DNA of 64,000 nucleotides. Origin: Candidatus Latescibacterota bacterium. Lineage in GTDB: Bacteria; Latescibacterota; UBA2968; GCA-2709665. The stretch spans positions 96,001 through 160,000 of the forward strand of contig CAXXJS010000010.1 in the NCBI GenBank assembly GCA_963662665.2, in the 5' to 3' direction. Within the stretch, counting starts at the first letter, position 1; each line of letters begins with the position of its first letter. The translations under genes were made by a program, and so were the position numbers. The notes under the pieces were generated by a model. That model ran no database searches, was not told the origin of the DNA, and worked only from the letters and a program-made list of their open reading frames with translations. Below, piece after piece: positions 11,563 through 21,566 of this stretch.

Positions 11563-13839
11563 ATGGCTGATTTACACAGGATAAATCGTCTGCACCCGGG
11601 TGGCGGCTCCAGCTACCGTTCCACCATCCGGCTGCACTTTATCCGGGCGGCGCTCGCGTTGCTGTCCGTGGCGTGTCTTGCGGGTATCAGCTCGGCAACT
11701 CAGGCCGTGTTGATCGAAGGGTACGTCTTCGACAGCGAAACCGGACTGCCCGTCGGGAACGTGAACGTCCGGCCCGCAGATCATGCCGCAGTCGCGTCTA
11801 CGGACGAAAAAGGCCGGTTCGTGCTTCACCTGTCTCCTAGTGACTATCGGCTGTTACTTACGCACGTCGGCTATGAGGAAACGCGCCACGAACTGAACAT
11901 CTCGGGTGCGAAGCATCCCGTTGTCTATCTGGAACTGGCGCGACTGGATCTCAAGCTGGACCCCCTGGACGTTGTGGCCAAACGCGCTGAAACCCGGTTT
12001 GAAGAACTGCATGAAGCCACCCGTGTGCTTTCGGGCGACGAACTCAGGAAGAAATACAGCATCACATTGGCCGAGACCATGAAGAACGAACTCGGCGTTG
12101 CCATCCAGAGCATGGGTCCGGCGCCGGCCCGACCCGTTATCCGTGGGCTCAGCGGCGACCGTGTACAGATCAACGTCGACGGCATTCAGTCACAGGACCT
12201 CTCCGCAACATCGGCCGATCATGCGGTAACCGTCGAGACCTTCAACGCGGAACGCCTGGAAATCATCCGCGGGCCCCGCACGCTCCTGCACACGTCCACG
12301 GCCGGCGGCGGCGTCATCAACGTCGTCAAGCACAAGATCCCCGAAACCCGGCCGGAGCGCTTGTTCGGAAGCGTGGGCGCCTACGGGGAAACGGCGAACC
12401 GTGGTTATTTCTCATCCGCCGCCCTTACAGCGCCCGTGGGGCCGCTCGCGTTGCATGCCGAGTCAACCTACCGGGATACCAGGGACATCCAGACCCCGGT
12501 CGGCCGGCTTGCCAATACGCCCATCAACACCCACACATATACCTTGGGCATGTCCTACGCGGGCGACCGGGGATACGTTGGCGCTTCTTTCGATCAGTTC
12601 AACACTCAGTACGGCATTCCGGGCGGATTCATCGGCGCGCACCCAAACGGCGCGGACCTCGATATCATCCGTCGGGTTTTCGACGGGAAGGCAGTATACA
12701 GGCCCGACAGCCAGATCATCGACAGAGTGGAGGCGGGATTCACAAAAGCCTATTACTATCATCTCGAGTTCGAATCCAGCGGCAGAATCGGATCCGAGTT
12801 CCTTTTTCATGACTACAGCGGCGACCTCAAACTCTACCTGAACACGGGAAACAAGGAGCAAAACACCGTTCTCACAACCGGCTTTGAACACCGCAATCTC
12901 AAGCTGGGCGCTTATGTCTTCACCCCGCCCACTAGAAAGCAGAACGTCAACCTCGGGTTGTATCATGAAACAGCCTATCGCAATATCGAACTGCAGGCCG
13001 CGGCCCGGTACACCTATGCGACCTTCGACCCGCGCCTCCAGGCGAACTCCAACAAGATCCTGGACGTAGATCGCACCTTCCATACATGGTCCGCGGCATT
13101 CAGCCCGCTCGTGCCCATCACGGACCAGCTTACAGCGGGCTTCAGCCTCAGCCGCTCCCAGCGCGCGCCTACCATCGAGGAACTCTATAACGAGGGCCCG
13201 CACCTTGCCGCTTACACCTTTGAGAAGGGCAACGTCGAACTCAATACCGAACGCAGTTTCGGCGCGGAGGCATTCATTCACTACCTGCAGCCGGGGTTCG
13301 ACCTGGTCTTCACGGGATTCTGGAACGAATTCGACGACTACATCGCGCCACGAAATACCGGAGAAATCAACTTTGCTCAACTACTTCCCATCTACGCCGC
13401 GGAGGGTATAGACGCGAGAATGATGGGCGTGGAAACCCACCTGAAATGGCGTCCGAACGCGCGACTGGAACTGGAGATGAATCTGAGTCACGTGCGCGGC
13501 GAAAACCGGGACGACCGAATGCCCCTGCCCGAAATGCCGCCGCTCAAGTTCGTCGGGAGCGCAACCTACAGGCACTCCTGGCTTACCGGGGGAGGAACCA
13601 TGGAGTGGGCCACGGGACAGAAACGCGTGGATACCTACGAAGACCCCACCGCCGGTTATTCCGTCTTCGGCGTTTACATTCAACGCGATATCCTTGCAAA
13701 TCGGGCCCGCCACAGCATTATTCTTTCCCTGGAGAATCTATTCGACACGGAATACCGCAACCACCTGTCGCGCATCCGATCGGTAATGCCCGAAACGGGA
13801 AGGAGTCTGAAGTTGAATTACAAGATGTATTTCTTTTAG
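11563..13839 (+). CDS. TonB-dependent receptor, ZnuD-like
   Basis: Signal peptide; N-terminal carboxypeptidase-regulatory-like domain; plug motif GPAPARPVIRGLSGDRV...SADHAV; RAPTIEELYNEGPH; terminal Phe. Confidence 0.9.
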   Translation: MADLHRINRLHPGGGSSYRSTIRLHFIRAALALLSVACLAGISSATQAVLIEGYVFDSETGLPVGNVNVRPADHAAVASTDEKGRFVLHLSPSDYRLLLTHVGYEETRHELNISGAKHPVVYLELARLDLKLDPLDVVAKRAETRFEELHEATRVLSGDELRKKYSITLAETMKNELGVAIQSMGPAPARPVIRGLSGDRVQINVDGIQSQDLSATSADHAVTVETFNAERLEIIRGPRTLLHTSTAGGGVINVVKHKIPETRPERLFGSVGAYGETANRGYFSSAALTAPVGPLALHAESTYRDTRDIQTPVGRLANTPINTHTYTLGMSYAGDRGYVGASFDQFNTQYGIPGGFIGAHPNGADLDIIRRVFDGKAVYRPDSQIIDRVEAGFTKAYYYHLEFESSGRIGSEFLFHDYSGDLKLYLNTGNKEQNTVLTTGFEHRNLKLGAYVFTPPTRKQNVNLGLYHETAYRNIELQAAARYTYATFDPRLQANSNKILDVDRTFHTWSAAFSPLVPITDQLTAGFSLSRSQRAPTIEELYNEGPHLAAYTFEKGNVELNTERSFGAEAFIHYLQPGFDLVFTGFWNEFDDYIAPRNTGEINFAQLLPIYAAEGIDARMMGVETHLKWRPNARLELEMNLSHVRGENRDDRMPLPEMPPLKFVGSATYRHSWLTGGGTMEWATGQKRVDTYEDPTAGYSVFGVYIQRDILANRARHSIILSLENLFDTEYRNHLSRIRSVMPETGRSLKLNYKMYFF

Positions 13840-13881
13840 TTTCCACCCGGAGTCGACGTCGAGGCGCCACCACTCCCTACC

Positions 13882-14628
13882 TCAATTCTCCCCCAACATC
13901 GCCCGCCGCATCACGCGTTCCACAATGCGTGGAAACCAGGTACCCAGAATAGCCGCCGTACGGTTTCCGAAACCTGGGACTACCAGACGTTTTCTCTTCC
14001 GGATGCCCCGAAGGATGGCCTCCGCCAGGTCTTCCGGCGCCATGCGTTTTTCCTCGCACGAGTTGTCAGGGCTGTACCGGCGGGCGTGGCCGGTTCGCGT
14101 GGGACCCGGAAAGACCGTCATGACGTGTATTCCGCGCGGGGCGAGCGCGACCGAAAGACTTCGCGCGTACGACGCCAGCCCGCTCTTTGTGGCCGCGTAC
14201 GTCGCGGCCCCCGGATAACTTACGTAGTGGGATAGTGAGGATACGAAAACGAGGGATCCGCCAGGGACAATGCGGCTGGCCTTCAGCAACTTCGCCGTTA
14301 ACGCCATGGGCGCGTAGAGATTAACGGCAATCACGCACTCCTGCAATGCCAGGCTCACTTCCGGAAAACGTCCGACGGCGTTGATGCCCGCGTTGTGAAT
14401 CAGCACGTCGATCCCATCCATATGTACCAATTGTTCGTGAACCCGCGCGATGCCCGCATCGGTACCCAGGTCTGCAACGACAAACCGCGCATTCAGTTCC
14501 CGCTCGAGATTGGCCGCACCCCCGGCATCCACGTCCACGCCGGTCACGGAATACCCTGAACGAACAAACCTTCGGGCGAGCGCCTCGCCAATACCATTGG
14601 CCGCGCCGGTAATGACCGCGTGTTTCAT
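13882..14628 (-). CDS. SDR family oxidoreductase
   Basis: MKHAVITGAANGIG, HNAG, YAATK; ATG overlaps the upstream stop (ATGA). Confidence 0.88.
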   Translation of the reverse strand: MKHAVITGAANGIGEALARRFVRSGYSVTGVDVDAGGAANLERELNARFVVADLGTDAGIARVHEQLVHMDGIDVLIHNAGINAVGRFPEVSLALQECVIAVNLYAPMALTAKLLKASRIVPGGSLVFVSSLSHYVSYPGAATYAATKSGLASYARSLSVALAPRGIHVMTVFPGPTRTGHARRYSPDNSCEEKRMAPEDLAEAILRGIRKRKRLVVPGFGNRTAAILGTWFPRIVERVMRRAMLGEN

Positions 14629-15368
14629 CGCGCCCGCCATCGCATCAGGGCTTCGATTACCCGATCGCAATAACGCCCGCAGAAGCGCAAGCCCTTGTTT
14701 CCCGGACCGATTGTCATGACAGATCGTCGCCCGTGGATCGCTCGCGCGATCCTCCCGGCGACCCGGGCCGCCGGGGGGAATGCTCTCGACTCCTCGTTGG
14801 TCCATCCCGCCTTTCGATGAATGCCCGTTTGCGTCGCTCCCGGGTGTATGACCTGGACGTTCACGTCGCCCTCAACGCGCAGATTACGCCCGAGAACATC
14901 CAGCGCCTCCTTGGTCGCCGCGTACACGGCGAAATCCGGACACGGAAACGCGTGAGCGATGGACCCAATTAGCACGTGTTTACCGTTCCTATTGTTCACG
15001 TACGGTATCAGCGCGTGCGTCAGGCGCAGCGGCGCCAGGAGATTGACGGCGACGATCTCTCGAATGTTTGCAACGTCCTGATCGGCCACGGGACCATAAT
15101 GTCCCGTGGCCGCGTTCTGAATCGACAGGTCCAATGAATCTATCTTCCTCGATTTCAGAAAAGAACAGACTTTGCCGGCGCAATCCTCCTCCGACAGGTC
15201 CACCTCACAATAGTCTTCTTCGCTGTAGAGCTCGCATTCGAGCGAATCCATGGCGCGCCTGCCCACGAGCACCAGCCGATCTTCACGCGCACGATAGATT
15301 TCGGCGAGCGCCCGGCCAATTCCATCCGTTGCACCCGTGATCAATACGGTCTTTCTCTCCCGAGCCAT
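14625..15368 (-). CDS. SDR family oxidoreductase
   Basis: VLITGATDGIG, QNAA, YAATK, HPGATQT. Confidence 0.88.
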   Translation of the reverse strand: MARERKTVLITGATDGIGRALAEIYRAREDRLVLVGRRAMDSLECELYSEEDYCEVDLSEEDCAGKVCSFLKSRKIDSLDLSIQNAATGHYGPVADQDVANIREIVAVNLLAPLRLTHALIPYVNNRNGKHVLIGSIAHAFPCPDFAVYAATKEALDVLGRNLRVEGDVNVQVIHPGATQTGIHRKAGWTNEESRAFPPAARVAGRIARAIHGRRSVMTIGPGNKGLRFCGRYCDRVIEALMRWRAR

Positions 15369-15737
15369 GACAGACACATCCTTCGTCGCGTCAGTACCTG
15401 ACACATACGCCAACCCGATGGGAACGTTCTGGCGGATACGCAAAGCACCGTATTGACCGTCCCATCCAGTGCTTGCTCTGCGACGGACCAGATCCTATCT
15501 TTCCTTGAGCCCTGGCTCACACAATGCCGGAACAGCAAATAGCGGCATGGGGAATCTCTAAACTCGATGGCTCGAATCGGTCATCGGAGGGACAATGCCA
15601 ATGTCGTTCACTTCGCCGGTCCTGACAACCCGACGTTCATTGCCGGCGAAAGTGATTTTGTCGATCGTGAGATTACGGCAAAAGGGCGCACCGAAAGCCA
15701 ACAAGTAAGGGTCGACTTGCAGTGACGAGACAAAACA

Positions 15738-16697
15738 ATGCATGATGCGCAGGTGTTGACCGAAGGCGTTACCGACGAGCGGGCCTGGCGGACGAACAGC
15801 ATCGATGATTCCGCAGCCTGGTACTACCCGTTGTCCGAGGATTTTCTCTCCAGCTCCAGGCGCATCATCGACGATGCGCGGGATAATCACCTGCCCATTA
15901 CGGATATTACCCGCCAGGGAGCTTCGTTCAATTGCGCCGGTGAATGCCTTCAACCGGTTCGTGACGCTCTCGGATCGGGGCGTGGATTTGCCATTGTCAA
16001 TCGCGTGCCGACTGAAGGATTTGCAATTGAAGAAGCGCTGTCGATGTACTGGCTGATTGGCCTAAACCTTGGTACGCCCGTGGAGCAGAATATCGAGGGA
16101 ACGCTGTTGTACGACGTCCGCGATACGGGCAAGAACGTGGCGCAAGGTGCGCGGTTTTCAGTGACCAATGCGGAGAGCACGTTTCACAACGACAATGCCT
16201 TCGGCGAACCGCTGCCCGACATTGTGGGACTGCTCTGCTTGCGTTCGGCGATATCCGGTGGAGAGAGTCAGCTTATCAGCGGCTACGCCCTCCACAATGA
16301 ACTTCTGGAAAATCACCCCGATGTCCTCGAAACCCTCTATAAGATGTTCTATTTTGATCGTCGAGGACAGTTCAAGGCCGGGGAGTCGCCGACGTCTCAA
16401 TTCCCGATCTTTCAGTGGCGCCGGTGTGAATTGAAGCTCCGATACCTGTACTATTACATCCAGGTGGGTCACAAGCGCGCCGGCAAACCGCTGACCGCCG
16501 AACGGAAAGCCGCACTGGAAGTTGTGGAAGCGTTGCTTCGTCGCCCGGATTTCAGAGTGGAGTTCAGTCTGCAACCCGGACAGATGCTATTTACGAACAA
16601 CCGCTGGATACTTCACAACCGCACCGCATTTGAGGACGATGCCGACCCTGCATGCCGGCGGCATTATGTGCGACTCTGGTTGCGGCGCCAGGGCTGA
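15738..16697 (+). CDS. TauD/TfdA-family Fe(II)/2-oxoglutarate dioxygenase
   Basis: HxD motif (FHND), GLLCLR..GGES, NNRWILHNRTAF, RHYVRLWL. Confidence 0.88.
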   Translation: MHDAQVLTEGVTDERAWRTNSIDDSAAWYYPLSEDFLSSSRRIIDDARDNHLPITDITRQGASFNCAGECLQPVRDALGSGRGFAIVNRVPTEGFAIEEALSMYWLIGLNLGTPVEQNIEGTLLYDVRDTGKNVAQGARFSVTNAESTFHNDNAFGEPLPDIVGLLCLRSAISGGESQLISGYALHNELLENHPDVLETLYKMFYFDRRGQFKAGESPTSQFPIFQWRRCELKLRYLYYYIQVGHKRAGKPLTAERKAALEVVEALLRRPDFRVEFSLQPGQMLFTNNRWILHNRTAFEDDADPACRRHYVRLWLRRQG

Positions 16698-16812
16698 AGG
16701 ATCGAATTCGCAAAGAATATCTCAGGCGAAGCCGGTGACCGGAAGTGACCATCCTGCAGGATCCTGACCCACTTCCCGCAAACGGTCGCTCATTTCTACC
16801 ACGTATTCACGG

Positions 16813-17268
16813 CTAATCCACAATCTCGTAAACGCCTGAATTATTCATGTTCTCGCGAGTCTCCACCCTGTAAACCCAGCAACGCCCGTCCGTCTCCTCG
16901 CGTATCATCCTGTCGGCATGATCAAACACGAATTTTGAGGAGGCCTCCATCCCCACGTTGGGTATCACGCGCAAGTCCACAATTCTCCTGCGGTGCATCT
17001 CCTCGAACAACTTCCGCTCCGGGTCGTTTTCGTTGATCAGCATCGTGTGGTCAAACATGTGGTCCAGCCAGGCCCTCAGCTCCTTGAGCTTGCCGAAATC
17101 CACCACAAAGTGATTCTCATCCAACTCGTCGCACGTAAAATGAAACGTAATGTCCCGGTTGTATCCGTGGATAAACTGACAGTGCCCGTCGTGATGCGCC
17201 TGCCGGTGTGAACATGGCAGATTATGAAATGTCTTGGTGGATGAAAACCGTCCTTTTCCGCTGGACAT
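16813..17268 (-). CDS. queD: 6-carboxytetrahydropterin synthase (PTPS/QueD family)
   Basis: SHRQ..HDGHCQFIHGY, VVDFG, FDHTML, terminal RE..NNSG. Confidence 0.82.
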   Translation of the reverse strand: MSSGKGRFSSTKTFHNLPCSHRQAHHDGHCQFIHGYNRDITFHFTCDELDENHFVVDFGKLKELRAWLDHMFDHTMLINENDPERKLFEEMHRRRIVDLRVIPNVGMEASSKFVFDHADRMIREETDGRCWVYRVETRENMNNSGVYEIVD

Positions 17269-17378
17269 AAGCCCTTCTCTCTTGCGTATCGATTCCTGGC
17301 TGGTGAGTAAGATAGAAAATACGGATCTCTTCATCTCTGTCAAGGCTACCGCATCCGAAAAATACAAGGAGCGCGCCG

Positions 17379-18215
17379 ATGATTATCGACACCCATACCC
17401 ATTTCTACGATCCCCAACGCCCCGAAGGGGTACCGTGGCCGCCGCCCGACAACGCCCTGCTCTATCGCCGCGTATTTCCTGAAGACTACAAAGCTGTGGC
17501 CGTTCCCGAAGGCGTTAACGGCACCGTGGTTGTGGAAGCCAGTGAATGGGTTGAAGACAACCGCTGGATTCTGGATCTGGCAGAAAAAGAGCCCTTCATC
17601 GTGGGCTTTGTAGGCAACCTAGACCCGGAATCGGACGCCTTTGAAAGCCATCTTATCGAACTTTCGGAAAACCCCCTCTTCCGCGGCATCCGGCTTCACA
17701 GGAACGAGGTCCATTCCGTCAGCGACTCGCTGCTTTCCAAACTCGAACTGCTTGCGCGGAACGATCTCTCCCTCGACCTCCTTGTCGACGTTGCGCAGCT
17801 TCACTCCGCGGTTCATATTGCCGCCCGGCTGCCGGAACTGCGTATCGTGCTCAACCACGTTATCCATGTACCCATCGACGGCAAGACGCCCGACCCCGAA
17901 TGGATCGACGGCCTGCACAACGTTTCGCAGCACCCGAACATCTACTGCAAGGTTTCCGGCCTTGTGGAAACCGCGCGAGAAAAACCGGCGCCACCCGAGT
18001 TGATCTATTACGCGCCGACCCTGGACCACCTTTGGGAAATCCTTGGCGTAAACCGCCTCATCTACGCCAGCAACTGGCCCGTGTGCGAACACGGCGCCGA
18101 TTATGCCACCGTACAGCGCATCCCTATGGAATACTTCGAGGCCATTGGAGAAGAAGCAGTCGAAAGGGTATTCTGGAAGAACGCGAAGGCTGCATACAAG
18201 TGGCCCGACCGCTAA
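17379..18215 (+). CDS. Amidohydrolase_2 family protein (L-fuconolactonase-like)
   Basis: IIDTHTHF, FRGIR, VLNH, CKVSGL, YASNWPV. Confidence 0.85.
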   Translation: MIIDTHTHFYDPQRPEGVPWPPPDNALLYRRVFPEDYKAVAVPEGVNGTVVVEASEWVEDNRWILDLAEKEPFIVGFVGNLDPESDAFESHLIELSENPLFRGIRLHRNEVHSVSDSLLSKLELLARNDLSLDLLVDVAQLHSAVHIAARLPELRIVLNHVIHVPIDGKTPDPEWIDGLHNVSQHPNIYCKVSGLVETAREKPAPPELIYYAPTLDHLWEILGVNRLIYASNWPVCEHGADYATVQRIPMEYFEAIGEEAVERVFWKNAKAAYKWPDR

Positions 18216-18277
18216 AAGCCCGATGAGAACGCACCACCCGGAGACAGTTTCGTATCCGGCCGGATCGCGGACCAGGT

Positions 18278-18634
18278 TTATCTCTGCGGTGTGAGCATGG
18301 GCCCGAGCGGCCTGCCGCCAATCAGATGCATGTGCAGGTGGTAGACCTCCTGTCCCCCGTGGACCCGGCAATTCACGATCAACCGGTACCCGTCCTCGGC
18401 AAGGCCCTCCTCCTTTGCAAGCCGTGCAGCCACCGTAAATAACCGGCCGAGCGCGGCTTCATCTTCAGACGACACATCGCTGACGGTTGGAATCACGTAA
18501 TTGGGAACGATCAACATATGCGTTGGCGCCTGGGGATTGATATCTCGAAACGCCGTCACCAGTTCATCCTGGTACGTTATTTCCGATGGTATCTCTTTCC
18601 TGATTATCTTGCTGAAGATCGTTTCTTCCGCCAT
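18278..18634 (-). CDS. hinT: HIT-family nucleotide hydrolase
   Basis: [35 protein letters not shown]. Confidence 0.95.
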   Translation of the reverse strand: MAEETIFSKIIRKEIPSEITYQDELVTAFRDINPQAPTHMLIVPNYVIPTVSDVSSEDEAALGRLFTVAARLAKEEGLAEDGYRLIVNCRVHGGQEVYHLHMHLIGGRPLGPMLTPQR

Positions 18635-18763
18635 GGATTCTCCTTTCGGCAATCATCCCTTTTTGCTATCTTCTCCAGCCGGCAGCGGTCCGGTATCAAA
18701 AAAACATACCGACATCTGCAAATCAAGCCAATCCTGATCCTGTCCGTGAGAGAACGCGAAAAC

Positions 18764-19027
18764 ATGCTTCACTCCATCGACCGCCTTATGGCCGCTTTAT
18801 CGATCGTCCTTCTGCGGATCTACCGGTTGCTGATCTCTCCTTTCTTGCAGGTCGTGTTCGGCTCCGTCAGCGGGTGCAGGTTTCACCCCACGTGCTCCCG
18901 GTACGCCCGCGATTGCTTTCGGCATCACCCATTTCTTATCGCTCTCTTTCTATCGTTCTCGCGAATTCTCAAATGTCATCCCTACCATTCCGGCGGATAT
19001 GATCCGGTCCCGCCACAACGTCGTTAG
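18764..19027 (+). CDS. yidD: Membrane protein insertion efficiency factor
   Basis: YRLLISP, CRFHPTCSRY, RILKCHPYHSGGYDPVP. Confidence 0.92.
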   Translation: MLHSIDRLMAALSIVLLRIYRLLISPFLQVVFGSVSGCRFHPTCSRYARDCFRHHPFLIALFLSFSRILKCHPYHSGGYDPVPPQRR

Positions 19028-19038
19028 ACCACACATCC

Positions 19039-19824
19039 ATGTTTGGAATCGCCCAGATCCATTGGAGTGCCGACCCCGAGATATTCCGTATCGGCCCCGT
19101 CGTCCTGCGCTGGTACAGCCTGTGCTTTCTGATCAGCTTCACCCTCGGCTACTTCATTATGCGCCGAATGTTCAGGTTCGAGGAAAAATCGACAAGGGAC
19201 CTGGACAGCCTGGTAAACCACATGGTGCTGGGCACCCTCATCGGCGCGCGCCTGGGACACTGTCTGTTTTACGACCCCGTATTCTACATCTCGAACCCGA
19301 TCGAAATCTTCAAAATCTGGCGAGGCGGCCTTGCCAGCCACGGCGCCGCCATCGGCATCTTTACCGCCCTCTATCTGTACGCCCGGAACCGGCCGGATCA
19401 GTCCTATCTCTGGATTCTCGACCGCGTTGTCGTTACGGTTGCCCTCGGCGGATGTTTCATCCGCATTGGAAACTTCTTCAATTCCGAAATCTATGGCACG
19501 CCTTCAGATCTGCCATGGGCCGTTGTCTTTTCACACGTCGATGCCGTTCCGAGGCATCCGGCGCAATTGTACGAGTCTCTCGCCTACGGACTGATCTTCC
19601 TCCTTCTCTATACCGTCTATTCAAGACTACGCGCCCGGACACCCTCCGGATTGCTTCTGGGCCTCTTCCTCGTTTCCGTGTTCGCGTTCCGGTTGGTTGT
19701 TGAATTCGTAAAAGTTCGTCAGGCCGCTTACGGCCACAGTCTACCCCTCAACGTGGGACAATGGCTCAGTATTCCGCTGATTGTAATCGGCATCATCCTG
19801 CTGGTAAACGCGTCGAGAAAATGA
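19039..19824 (+). CDS. lgt: Prolipoprotein diacylglyceryl transferase
   Basis: RWYS, GARLGHCLFY, GGLASHG, RIGNFFNSE, RHPAQLYE. Confidence 0.95.
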   Translation: MFGIAQIHWSADPEIFRIGPVVLRWYSLCFLISFTLGYFIMRRMFRFEEKSTRDLDSLVNHMVLGTLIGARLGHCLFYDPVFYISNPIEIFKIWRGGLASHGAAIGIFTALYLYARNRPDQSYLWILDRVVVTVALGGCFIRIGNFFNSEIYGTPSDLPWAVVFSHVDAVPRHPAQLYESLAYGLIFLLLYTVYSRLRARTPSGLLLGLFLVSVFAFRLVVEFVKVRQAAYGHSLPLNVGQWLSIPLIVIGIILLVNASRK

Positions 19825-19904
19825 GGGGCCCGCAGCTCAGAGGTCGATAGAAACCGATCGCCATAGACAGCGGCCCTCAGACGACAACAGAAAGGTGGAT
19901 TCCC

Positions 19905-20660
19905 ATGAACTCGTACACGACCATTGCCGGAACGCTGCAGAGATCCCTGGACCTTGTCCTGCCTCCAATTGCCGTCTGCATCTCGGACGACGTTCCCGAA
20001 GGCGTACCGGACTACGATGGACGGGCGCCTGCCGGTTGTCTGTTCTGGCAGGAGGCTGAGAAGGGCCCCTTTGCCACCCGCACGTCCCACCACGAACTTT
20101 GCGCCATCGGCGTCCACACGCACCATATGGCCGGACCGCCGGCCTCGTACGAAGCCGAACTTGGCGACGTTCTGAAAACGATGGCCGCCATGGACTACGT
20201 TCGCGAACAGGAGGTTATGGAGATCCCGGTGCTGGAGAAGGAAACAAAGCACGTGATTTACGCCCCGCTGGACGAAACCCCTCTTGAACCGACCGTGGTC
20301 CTCCTGTTCGCGCATTCACGGCAGAGCCTGATCATTACCGAAGCCGTCCAGCAGGTCGAACCGGCCGCGCCGCCCGCAATGGGCAGGCCCGCCTGCGCCG
20401 TGGTTCCGCAGTCCGTGAGAACCGGACGGGCCGCCCTCAGCCTGGGATGTTGCGGCGCGCGGGCCTACCTGGATACGCTCACGGACGACGTTGCCATATG
20501 GGCGTTGCCGGGCGACAAGGTAAGTGCGTACGCAAACCGCATCGATATTCTTGCCAGGGCCAACGCTGTCCTGGGTGAATTTCATTCCCTGCGGCGGAGA
20601 GACGTCGAAGCCGGACTTGAACCCACCGTTGCGGAGTCTCTCTCAAGGCTGGGAAACTGA
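19905..20660 (+). CDS. DUF169-family protein
   Basis: GCLFW, CAIG, VIYAPL..PTVVLL, GRPACAVVP, SLGCCGAR pattern. Confidence 0.75.
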   Translation: MNSYTTIAGTLQRSLDLVLPPIAVCISDDVPEGVPDYDGRAPAGCLFWQEAEKGPFATRTSHHELCAIGVHTHHMAGPPASYEAELGDVLKTMAAMDYVREQEVMEIPVLEKETKHVIYAPLDETPLEPTVVLLFAHSRQSLIITEAVQQVEPAAPPAMGRPACAVVPQSVRTGRAALSLGCCGARAYLDTLTDDVAIWALPGDKVSAYANRIDILARANAVLGEFHSLRRRDVEAGLEPTVAESLSRLGN

Positions 20661-20800
20661 CCCGGCGCCCGCAGCTTTGCTACGCGTGGGCCCGCCGCGC
20701 CCCCGGGCGGCCATCTTTCGCTTGAAACAGCACCGATCCATTGTATATTGTGGAAAAACCCTCGCTGGCAGGCCCACTTTCACGTCAAACGGAAACCGCG

Positions 20801-21517
20801 ATGCGTGCCACGGAAGAAACTCTGGACCTGCGTGAAAAAGGCAAATCGATCAATGGACAGGTTCAGGCCAGCAACAGGCGGCTGTTTATGCAGTTGCACG
20901 TCTTTGGCAACTGCAGGAGCACGGACGTTGTGGCCGCCGCTCTCCGCGAATCCCGTGTCGACGCCGTCCTGTACGTCGACCTGAACGATCCACACGGCAT
21001 TGCCATTCTCGTCATGTCCGAATATCCGGACACGTTCGTGGGGGAAATCCGCACATTACTTAACAGCCGGCCCTTCACCGGGCTTCTGCGCAATCCCGAC
21101 CTCACCATGGTAGGAAGAACCTACGCCCACGGATACGAACCCGATCTCGAGGAAACCCTGTTACGCAAACCACGCCGGAAGGTCCTCAACCCGGACTGGC
21201 CCTGGGCTGTCTGGTATCCTCTGCGACGCAAGCCCGGATTCGGTCTGTTATCGGGGGACGATCTTCGCGGAATTCTGGGAGAACACGCCAGAATCGGGCG
21301 CGCATATGCCGAAGCCGGATTTGCCCAGGACATCCGCCTGGCGTGTTACGGCATGGACAGGAACGACAACGACTTCGTCATCGGGCTGCTGGGGCCAGAG
21401 TTGCACCCGCTTTCACACGTCGTCCAGGAAATGCGGAAGACCCGGCAGACCGCGCAATACGTGCAATCCCTCGGGCCGTTTTTCGTTGGCAAAGCCATTT
21501 GGCAAACGCCATTATAA
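20801..21517 (+). CDS. Chlorite dismutase family / coproheme decarboxylase (ChdC/HemQ-like)
   Basis: WAVWYPLRRK, proximal His in EHARIG, YGMDRNDNDF, MRKT, GPFFVG. Confidence 0.85.
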   Translation: MRATEETLDLREKGKSINGQVQASNRRLFMQLHVFGNCRSTDVVAAALRESRVDAVLYVDLNDPHGIAILVMSEYPDTFVGEIRTLLNSRPFTGLLRNPDLTMVGRTYAHGYEPDLEETLLRKPRRKVLNPDWPWAVWYPLRRKPGFGLLSGDDLRGILGEHARIGRAYAEAGFAQDIRLACYGMDRNDNDFVIGLLGPELHPLSHVVQEMRKTRQTAQYVQSLGPFFVGKAIWQTPL

Positions 21518-21566
21518 CACTGGCGAAAAGGCACAACGAGGTCGCTTCCACTCACGGCACGTCGAA

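Noticed and set aside
15567-15725. 52-aa plus-strand ORF upstream of the TauD gene
   Set aside because: No recognisable motif and weak SD; may be a gene remnant but cannot be supported.
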